From the NCBI GenBank assembly GCA_035375865.1, contig DAOSQO010000003.1, positions 677 through 32,676 on the forward strand: a DNA stretch of 32,000 nt, given 5' to 3'. The notes under the pieces are model-generated. The model had not been told where the DNA came from, made no database searches, and saw only the letters and a program-made list of their open reading frames with translations. Made by a program: the position numbers and the translations under genes. Origin of the DNA: Bacillota bacterium. GTDB taxonomy: Bacteria; Bacillota; Clostridia; Lutisporales; Lutisporaceae. Below are positions 1-6,835 of this stretch, one piece after another (the first letter of the stretch is position 1; each line of letters opens with the position of its first letter).

Positions 1-604
1 CACCAAGATAATAATAGCTTGATAGTGCATCATAATCCTCTTTTGTATCCATATCCATTATAACCGTTGGATCAAAAACAAAGACATTCGCCGAATCTTC
101 CGGAAAGCTTGAAAGTATCTTTTCCAGGCCCCCCTCCCCGGAGCCGCTTAATATTGCCTGCCTGTACTTTATGTCAATCAGGGGGGGGTGTCCCTTTTTT
201 TCGTTATAAACCGGGTAGAGTATACCTTTCCCGGATTTCAGGTATTCTTTTTTTATTAGGTTAATGGTATGTTTTTTTATCAAAGGCATGTCCACAGGCA
301 TTATAAAAAATGCCTTAACGTCCTTATCGAGTGCTTCTACCCCTTTTAATACCGAAGAATACATGCCCTGGGAATAATTTTCATTCCATAGGCATACGGC
401 GCCTGAATCCCTCAGCTTGTCTGCCACCTCGGAGCCCCTGTACCCGACTACGACGATAATTTCTTCTATTTCCGCACTTTTAAGCGTATCCACTGCTTTT
501 TCAACTGCAGTAAGCTCTCCAAATTTCAAGAAGGGTTTGAAGCTGTACATCCTTGAAGAATAGCCTGCGGCCAAAAGGATTGAAGCTATCTTACCGCTTT
601 TCAT
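1..604 (-). CDS. MobA/MocA-like NTP transferase (molybdenum-cofactor nucleotidyltransferase family). The C-terminus runs off the window start.
   Basis: Own translation of the minus strand from ATG at 604-602: MKSGKIASILLAAGYSSRMYSFKPFLKFGELTAVEKAVDTLKSAEIEEIIVVVGYRGSEVADKL...GHPPLID... This carries the LAAGxSxRM nucleotidyltransferase signature. AGGGGA RBS lies about 9 nt upstream. It overlaps the XdhC stop by 14 nt. It is absent from the ORF track because no stop lies in the window. Confidence 0.75.
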   Translation of the reverse strand, partial: MKSGKIASILLAAGYSSRMYSFKPFLKFGELTAVEKAVDTLKSAEIEEIIVVVGYRGSEVADKLRDSGAVCLWNENYSQGMYSSVLKGVEALDKDVKAFFIMPVDMPLIKKHTINLIKKEYLKSGKGILYPVYNEKKGHPPLIDIKYRQAILSGSGEGGLEKILSSFPEDSANVFVFDPTVIMDMDTKEDYDALSSYYYLG

Positions 605-1655
605 TCTGTGGTCCCCTTTTAACCATGATCAATTCAGCTGCAATACTTACCGCAATCTCCTCAGGAGTCTGGGCATGAATGTTCAGGCCTATTGGACAAT
701 ATACCCTTTCCAAATCCCCGGAAGTAAATCCTTCATTTAAAAGGCCGTTGTATACATATTCCCTTTTGCTTCTGCTTCCTATCATCCCTATATATTTGGC
801 ATCGGTTCTGAGCATCTGGGCAAGTACATCCTTATCATAGGCATGTCCTCTTGTAACAATGATAATATAGCTGTTACTGTTAATTGTATCATAATTTGCC
901 AAATTGTTAAAAGAAGGAATTACCTTGACCTCGTCAGCAGTTTTGAATCTTTCCCGATTTGCAAATTCTTCCCTGTCGTCCGTGACAACCGTATAAAAAC
1001 CCAGATTTTTTGTCAAATCAGCAAGTTTTTGCGCAACATGGCCTGCCCCATATATGTGAACACTTTCTACGTTAAAAAACGGCTCTATCATATACCTTTC
1101 TTTACCAACAAATAATTCCCGAATCCTGGTTCCACCAAAATCTTCTCTGATACCCTTGATAATCCCCAGGATTTTTTCATTTTCCGGACCGTAGAATCCC
1201 GTTTCGGTGCAAATCCACTTATCCGACCCTTTAATTCTCTTCTGGCCTTCCGGCAATCTTGTTATCATAACAAAATCAGAATCGCAGCCCTTAAGCTCGG
1301 TTGCTTTCCTGAATATATCGACCGTCTGAGTATCGCTGCAGTCAACATACTCCAGCAACACACTGATATCACCACCGCATACCATACCCAGACCTGCAGC
1401 ATCTTTTCCGGACATCACAAAATTCTCAATAATATACATCCCACTGTCAAATACCTTAGCTGAAAGCTTAATCGTCATGGCCTCGGAAATCCCGCCGCCT
1501 ATGGTTCCTCCAATTGAAAAATCCTTTCGTACCAGCATCTTTGTACCCTCTTCCCTGGGTGCCGAACCTGACTTTTTCAGGATAGTAGCCAGCACAAAAC
1601 TTTCTTTTTTATCCAATTGTTCATTAATCAGTTCATATACATCTTTCATTCTCAT
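591..1655 (-). CDS. XdhC/CoxI-family molybdoenzyme maturation (accessory) protein
   Basis: N-terminal XdhC motif (FVLATILKKSGSAPREEGTKMLV). Central Rossmann motif (VHIYGAGHVAQKLADL). The start overlaps the upstream stop (ATGA). The ATG at 1649 has better spacing to GGAGAG and may be the true start. Confidence 0.85.
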   Translation of the reverse strand: MRMKDVYELINEQLDKKESFVLATILKKSGSAPREEGTKMLVRKDFSIGGTIGGGISEAMTIKLSAKVFDSGMYIIENFVMSGKDAAGLGMVCGGDISVLLEYVDCSDTQTVDIFRKATELKGCDSDFVMITRLPEGQKRIKGSDKWICTETGFYGPENEKILGIIKGIREDFGGTRIRELFVGKERYMIEPFFNVESVHIYGAGHVAQKLADLTKNLGFYTVVTDDREEFANRERFKTADEVKVIPSFNNLANYDTINSNSYIIIVTRGHAYDKDVLAQMLRTDAKYIGMIGSRSKREYVYNGLLNEGFTSGDLERVYCPIGLNIHAQTPEEIAVSIAAELIMVKRGPQNEKR

Positions 1656-2959
1656 CTCTCCTTACGGCAATCAATAATTTTCCTTTTTATCATGCTATTG
1701 ATTATTACAGGTGCACATTCTGCTGCCGGTATAACTGCCACATCCGGCCTGCATCCCGGCTGATTCGACAATAAATCCTCCATTTCCCGCATCACCCTGC
1801 CCTTAACCCTATCAAAGGCGGCATCATTTTCTGCAGTCAATTCCAATACGAATTTATATCCGTCTTTTAAATATGCTTTGTAATCCAGTATTTCTTCAAA
1901 AGGCAGAATAATTTCATCCAATTCCCTCAGGTGTAAAAACCGGTTTTCCCCCAGAGGGATCCTGTTTTCTATTCTTCCAAGCACTTTTTTCATTGTATTG
2001 AGAAAGGTTCCACAAGCGCAATCAGATGCAGAAAAGGAAGCGATATCCCCTGTCCTGTATCGTATCAGCGGCATAGCCTGTCTTGTAAGGGTAGTAAAGA
2101 CAACCTCGCCATATTGTCCGTTTTCAACAACCTTGCCTGTATCGGGGTCAACGATTTCAAAATATATATCCCCTTCCCTCATATGGTATCCGCTTAAAGC
2201 CTCGCATTCTACTCCCCCTCCATACCCCATTTCCGTCATTCCATAGTGGTTAAATACTTTGCAGCCGAATTTTTGTGTCAATTCATTGATTATGGCATCG
2301 GGCACATAATCCGTGCTTAACAGTACCTTTTTTATATTGTTTCTGAAAACGCCGCTCTTAACCCTGCTTAGGCAAAGCACCTGTATAGGGATTCCCACAA
2401 TACATGTTATGCCCATTTCTTCAATGCACCTGGCTGCTTTTTCCGGATCGGAGAGAACCCCATGCACAATACATTCTATATGGGACAATGCCAACGCCTT
2501 TTTCAACAAATCGCCAATACTTCCATATGCGCTGCCCGGCAGAAGGACCAGCACTTTATCCCTTTCATCGGTTAGGCAGCTCATGCCGTACTTGAAAAAA
2601 TCAACGGTAAGGTCTAAATCCTCTTCGGTGAAAAATATTCTTTTATCCTCGCCGCTTGTACCGGATGTTCTCAACGTCACAATTCTTGCAACTTTTTTTT
2701 GGGGCACACATAAAAAATCAAGGGGATTTCTTCCAATATCCCTCGGAAAGGTAAAGGGAATGTCCTGAAAGCTTTCCAGAGTGTATATAGACCTCTCCTC
2801 AACTCCTTCCAGCTTTTCACCGTAGAAAATGCTGTTTTCCTTTGCATAGGCTATTGTCCCCTTTATTTTCTCCAGTTGCCAGGCATACAATGCCTTTCTG
2901 TTTCTTTCTTTCATGCCTGTTTTTTGCATAATCCATTGTTCAATGGGTGTCAGCTTCAT
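1652..2959 (-). CDS. PaaK-like adenylate-forming enzyme (phenylacetate-CoA-ligase / F390-synthetase family)
   Basis: Motifs: LRTSGTSGEDKRIFF (AMP-binding P-loop), HYGMTEMG, IRYRTGDIA. The size of 435 aa is typical of the PaaK family. Confidence 0.8.
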   Translation of the reverse strand: MKLTPIEQWIMQKTGMKERNRKALYAWQLEKIKGTIAYAKENSIFYGEKLEGVEERSIYTLESFQDIPFTFPRDIGRNPLDFLCVPQKKVARIVTLRTSGTSGEDKRIFFTEEDLDLTVDFFKYGMSCLTDERDKVLVLLPGSAYGSIGDLLKKALALSHIECIVHGVLSDPEKAARCIEEMGITCIVGIPIQVLCLSRVKSGVFRNNIKKVLLSTDYVPDAIINELTQKFGCKVFNHYGMTEMGYGGGVECEALSGYHMREGDIYFEIVDPDTGKVVENGQYGEVVFTTLTRQAMPLIRYRTGDIASFSASDCACGTFLNTMKKVLGRIENRIPLGENRFLHLRELDEIILPFEEILDYKAYLKDGYKFVLELTAENDAAFDRVKGRVMREMEDLLSNQPGCRPDVAVIPAAECAPVIINSMIKRKIIDCRKER

Positions 2960-2961
2960 AA

Positions 2962-3414
2962 TTATTCTCTGCTCCCATATTCATAGCCGTGCTCTGCTAA
3001 TATTTCCACTGCCTTCTCATAGCTTTTCATTAAAATGTCGCCGCACTTTACCATATAACCGCTGCCCCCCGCATCGCCGGCAAAGTTATAAATACCTATA
3101 ATATCCTTGCACTCCTCACTCCCAAACTCGTTTTCAAACCATTCCGTGTACTCTTTAACCATATCGGAATAATCCTGTTTCGAATGCTCCGTATCCTTCC
3201 CCTTAGCTGCATAAAGCCCTATAATTCCCAGTCCCCCTGTCAGTACACCGCAGGTTTTTTGTCTGCCCCCTATGCCCATGCATAACCCTCTTACAGCTCT
3301 GAGCAAATCCTCGTTTTCCTTTTTCTCCTCGTCCAGAGCCAGCTTAAGCATTATTTGCGTGCAGCAAAAGCCCGAAGAGGACAATTTGAATAGTTTAAAT
3401 GCCATGTCATTCAT
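2962..3414 (-). CDS. C_GCAxxG_C_C family redox-active small protein
   Basis: 150 aa with the pattern GFCCTQ...KTCGVLTGG...ECKD...VKCGD, typical of the C-GCAxxG-C-C family. There is a 2-nt gap to the next gene. Confidence 0.7.
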   Translation of the reverse strand: MNDMAFKLFKLSSSGFCCTQIMLKLALDEEKKENEDLLRAVRGLCMGIGGRQKTCGVLTGGLGIIGLYAAKGKDTEHSKQDYSDMVKEYTEWFENEFGSEECKDIIGIYNFAGDAGGSGYMVKCGDILMKSYEKAVEILAEHGYEYGSRE

Positions 3415-4141
3415 AATCAGAATCTCCTTTCCTGGTAATCATCAGGAAATAGCCCGGCTTGCAAGCCTTCAATATTTCCTGGAATTTGCAGACATCTTCG
3501 CAATTATCCGTTACTTTGTTCCAGAAAGCGCCCATTGATCCGTAAGAAAATACTACTTGAGCCATTAACGACTTCAGCAGGCCGCTGCAGTCTTCAAAGT
3601 GCATAATATTAAATCCCGCAATTTTCAGTTGTTCTTCCAAATACTTCAGGTCATGCAGTCCCCTCATAGAGGTATTAAACGGTATTCCGCTCATTCCTTT
3701 TACAAGTCCGGGATTTTTCGCATAGACATCCGAAATAACCAGCCACCCGCCCCTTTTTAACACTCTGAATATTTCCTTAAGTGCAGCATCAGTATCTTCC
3801 ATAAGGGAGAGCGTACATTCCGAAAATACACAATTAAAACTATCCTCTGAAAAGGGGATGTTTTCCCCGGTACCTATAACAAAATCGGCAAATCCATATT
3901 TTTCTTTTGCATATCCTATCAATTTTTCTGAAGGATCTACTCCTACAGCCTTGATACGGTACCTCAAATAAAGATGTCCGACTGTAGCCCCCATACCGCA
4001 GCCCAAATCAAGCACTGCATCTTTTGGTTCAAGTCTGCAGAATTGAACGCCTTTATCCGTCAGGCTAAAGCCGCCCGGTCTTAGGGTTTCGCCCAGAATT
4101 TCCTTCATATTGCCATTCTCATATGCATTATAGCATTTCAC
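3407..4141 (-). CDS. Class I SAM-dependent methyltransferase
   Basis: Motif I VLDLGCGMGATVG, acidic loop VGVDPS, post-I/II LKRGGWLVISD. It overlaps the downstream gene by 8 nt. Confidence 0.85.
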   Translation of the reverse strand: MKCYNAYENGNMKEILGETLRPGGFSLTDKGVQFCRLEPKDAVLDLGCGMGATVGHLYLRYRIKAVGVDPSEKLIGYAKEKYGFADFVIGTGENIPFSEDSFNCVFSECTLSLMEDTDAALKEIFRVLKRGGWLVISDVYAKNPGLVKGMSGIPFNTSMRGLHDLKYLEEQLKIAGFNIMHFEDCSGLLKSLMAQVVFSYGSMGAFWNKVTDNCEDVCKFQEILKACKPGYFLMITRKGDSDYE

Positions 4142-4142
4142 C

Positions 4143-4349
4143 TTATTTGTCCTCCAGCCCTTTTTCTACCTCCAGCATCTTTCCCATAGCCAGGTCTTCC
4201 TCTATAAAAACCATACTGCATACGGGGCATTTCATCAGCTCAACTTCAAAATTCCCTTCCAAATATCGCGCCTTAACTTTCCGGAGTATCAGCTCTTTTT
4301 TGCATTTATCGCAAATCCACGGCATATACTGTTTATTCTCCGCATCCAT
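4143..4349 (-). CDS. Small zinc-ribbon protein (CxxC...CxxC), function unknown
   Basis: 68 aa with CDKC...CPVC. It is wedged with 1-2 nt gaps between the redox fusion gene and the methyltransferase, which suggests translational coupling. Confidence 0.55.
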   Translation of the reverse strand: MDAENKQYMPWICDKCKKELILRKVKARYLEGNFEVELMKCPVCSMVFIEEDLAMGKMLEVEKGLEDK

Positions 4350-4351
4350 CT

Positions 4352-6652
4352 CTATTCCTCCACAATTTCCATTCTGTGACTGTAAATGCTGTTTATAAGG
4401 ATTTTATCGTCTTTTTCTTCATATCTCACCCAATAAGTTATATTGTCAAGTCTCAGCCTTGCCAAGAAGTTGCGATCCTCCGGGTTAAAAAACCTCTCGC
4501 CGCTTTTTTGGGAATTGTCTATAACCCTTTCCATATCCTCCAGTAAAATATATCTATCTTCCATTAACAGGCGCACATTTTCAGGTATTATCAGATTTAA
4601 CCCCGTTTGTTTTTCCAAATTCATATCCGGTTCTTCACCCCAAATTTCCCTCAACAGTCTTATTTTCAACAGTACCCTGTTCTTATGCCTGTCCGACAAA
4701 GTGGGCATTTTTCTGAGTGCAATGCTCTCCGTATCATTTCCGAATATTAAATCTAAAATATGGAGAGTTCTTTTACCTCCGCTTACAAACAAGTCCTTAC
4801 ACATGGCACAATAAACCAGCAGGTCATTGTCGCATTCTCTGATCCTGTCACTAATAAAAGCTGCAGACTGTTCCCTGTTGGCAAAATACACCAGGCCCCC
4901 ATATCCGCAGCATTTGGTTCTCTCCTTCGAATATTTCAATTCATGTATGCTATAACCTGATAAGGCAGCAATTTCTCTGATACTGTCGTGTATTTTCCCA
5001 TTATATCTTGTCGTGCACGCATCATGCACGCTTAAAACGCCCTTATCTGAAATTTTGTTATTCCGGGGCAAACCCTTCTGCGCAAATATCTCCCATACCG
5101 AAACAAAATCAATCTCGGGGAGGTATTTTTCAAATACGCTGCAGCAGCCGGAACAGGCCATAATAAACGTGGGCTTGCCTATATTTTCCCATATTCCCTT
5201 TATTTTTTCAATATTTTCCTTCATTAAATCCTGCCTTCCTGCCCAATCTGCAGGAGCCCCGCAGCATCCCAGGAAAATTCCCACTCCGCCCTTCATATTG
5301 GAAACCAGGTATTTGTATGCTTCCATGACATATTCCGGATATGATGCAGGCAGCTGGCATCCCGGATAAAACAGGTACTTCGTTTTTTCAGTGTCCTTGT
5401 ACAACTCCTGAAAACTTTCCGGTTGTTTTCTCACCATCCAAAACCGCATGCTGTTGCTGAATTGCATATCCCTCAGTGCAAAATCATGGGCGGAAACAGG
5501 CATTTTGCCTCTTGCCACCATGCTTTCTCTTGTTTCCTGTATTACACCCTTCATGCTTATTCCCTTGAAGCATTCTACCTTGCATAGTCCGCACATAGTG
5601 CAGGAATTTATCATCTTATTTGCATAATGGGTTCCTAATATTATTCTCTCGCTTTGATTGATTTGCCTCATGTAGCTTTTGGGAGAAATGTCAAAACCAG
5701 ATAAATGGCTGCATGACTCGATGCATTTTCTGCACCTGCACTTAAAGCATCTGCCTGCCTCTCTTATTGCCTCATCTTCGCTATATGCTGCCAATTCCTT
5801 CTTAACGGGTGCAGCCGGTTGTACATCCTCTTCCACGTATTTTAAAGGAGTCTCAAAGAATCCCTCCCTTTCCCTTGAGGCAGTTATTGAAATCTTCTTT
5901 ATATACCTGTCCATGGATATGGCTGCTCTTCTGCCTGAGCTTGCTGAGAATATCACTGAATCGTTTTTGTTTGCCAGACTTCCGCCGACAAATAATGGGG
6001 TTTCTCCTACCTGAAAAGTATCGGGATGGACTTTCAGTTCTTCGTCCCATATCCCTGTTCCCAGGTATACCGCATCATATTCCTTAATTAATTCTTCCAG
6101 TCCTTTTTTATCGACATAAGTGTTTAACTCCGTATTAATCCCCTGTTTTGCTATGATTTGAAGCTCTTCTTCTATTATTTCTTTTTTAAGATCTTCACCT
6201 GCGCAGTCCCATATTCTCCCCCCCAGCCTGCCTGATTTTTCATACAGAGTAACCCGATAGCCCTTTTTATCAAGGTCAAAGGCTGCCGTCAGCCCGCTGA
6301 TTCCTCCGCCTACAACTGCTGCCCTTCCTTTATTTTTAGCTGCGGACATGGTTCTTTTAGGCGGGGAGTAGCCAAAAATTAAGGCAGCCTTCTCCAGTTC
6401 AGATATCTCGATTGCTCCGCCGGAATCCGCCCTTACACATGCTTTTTTACAAGGATGGTCACATATGCTTCCTATAATTCTTGCAAAAGGAATCCTTTTC
6501 TCCATCACTGCATAAGCTTTGCCGAACTCCCCTTTCTCCATTTCCGTCACAAAAGCAATGACATCCATGTGAACAGGGCAGTTTGAGGTGCATGACGGCG
6601 GTTCATCATATATACATCTGTCGCTTGTTTCAAGCAATTTATCCAGATCCAT
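4352..6652 (-). CDS. Multidomain Fe-S flavoprotein: GltD-like N-terminal Fe-S plus FAD/NAD(P) domain, 2x[4Fe-4S] ferredoxin-like segment, two CCG (HdrB/GlpC-like) cysteine-rich domains, and an unknown C-terminal domain
   Basis: Motifs: CTSNCPVHMD and ICDHPCKKACVR (GltD-like clusters), VVGGGISGLTAAFDLDKKGYRVTLYEKSGRLGGR (dinucleotide fold), CFKCRCRKCIESC and CTMCGLCKVEC, GCCGAP and KCCGYGG (CCG). The start is reassigned to ATG 6652 (MDLDKLLE) because GAGGGGG lies 8 nt upstream. The track's TTG start at 6754 reads through hairpins. Confidence 0.8.
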   Translation of the reverse strand: MDLDKLLETSDRCIYDEPPSCTSNCPVHMDVIAFVTEMEKGEFGKAYAVMEKRIPFARIIGSICDHPCKKACVRADSGGAIEISELEKAALIFGYSPPKRTMSAAKNKGRAAVVGGGISGLTAAFDLDKKGYRVTLYEKSGRLGGRIWDCAGEDLKKEIIEEELQIIAKQGINTELNTYVDKKGLEELIKEYDAVYLGTGIWDEELKVHPDTFQVGETPLFVGGSLANKNDSVIFSASSGRRAAISMDRYIKKISITASREREGFFETPLKYVEEDVQPAAPVKKELAAYSEDEAIREAGRCFKCRCRKCIESCSHLSGFDISPKSYMRQINQSERIILGTHYANKMINSCTMCGLCKVECFKGISMKGVIQETRESMVARGKMPVSAHDFALRDMQFSNSMRFWMVRKQPESFQELYKDTEKTKYLFYPGCQLPASYPEYVMEAYKYLVSNMKGGVGIFLGCCGAPADWAGRQDLMKENIEKIKGIWENIGKPTFIMACSGCCSVFEKYLPEIDFVSVWEIFAQKGLPRNNKISDKGVLSVHDACTTRYNGKIHDSIREIAALSGYSIHELKYSKERTKCCGYGGLVYFANREQSAAFISDRIRECDNDLLVYCAMCKDLFVSGGKRTLHILDLIFGNDTESIALRKMPTLSDRHKNRVLLKIRLLREIWGEEPDMNLEKQTGLNLIIPENVRLLMEDRYILLEDMERVIDNSQKSGERFFNPEDRNFLARLRLDNITYWVRYEEKDDKILINSIYSHRMEIVEE

Positions 6653-6750
6653 TATCGTACCCCCTCTGCTAAAATAGGAATTGGGAGCTATATAGTTTGC
6701 GGCGAGGAAACGCCAGGGAACATTATCTCGCCGCAAAGTAAACCAAGGTA

Positions 6751-6787
6751 ACAAAATCGGTTTCAGCAGAGCTTAAACCGATTTTGT
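6751..6787 (-). terminator. Hairpin between the oxidoreductase gene and the accessory genes (possible partial terminator/attenuator)
   Basis: A 13-bp stem, ACAAAATCGGTTT / AAACCGATTTTGT, with an 11-nt loop. On the minus strand it is followed by TACCTTGGTTT. A second GC-rich 11-bp hairpin lies at 6696-6737. Confidence 0.35.
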
Positions 6788-6835
6788 ATAAGTCCCAATT
6801 CCGTATTTTAACTCTTGCTAATTTTACGTGCGGTA

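Noticed and set aside
6653-6754. The N-terminal extension of the 800-aa ORF in the track (TTG start at 6754, MLPWFTLRRDNVPWRF...).
   Set aside because: - The extension runs through two strong hairpins and has no RBS.
- ATG 6652 has GAGGGGG at ideal spacing and begins the recognisable domain.
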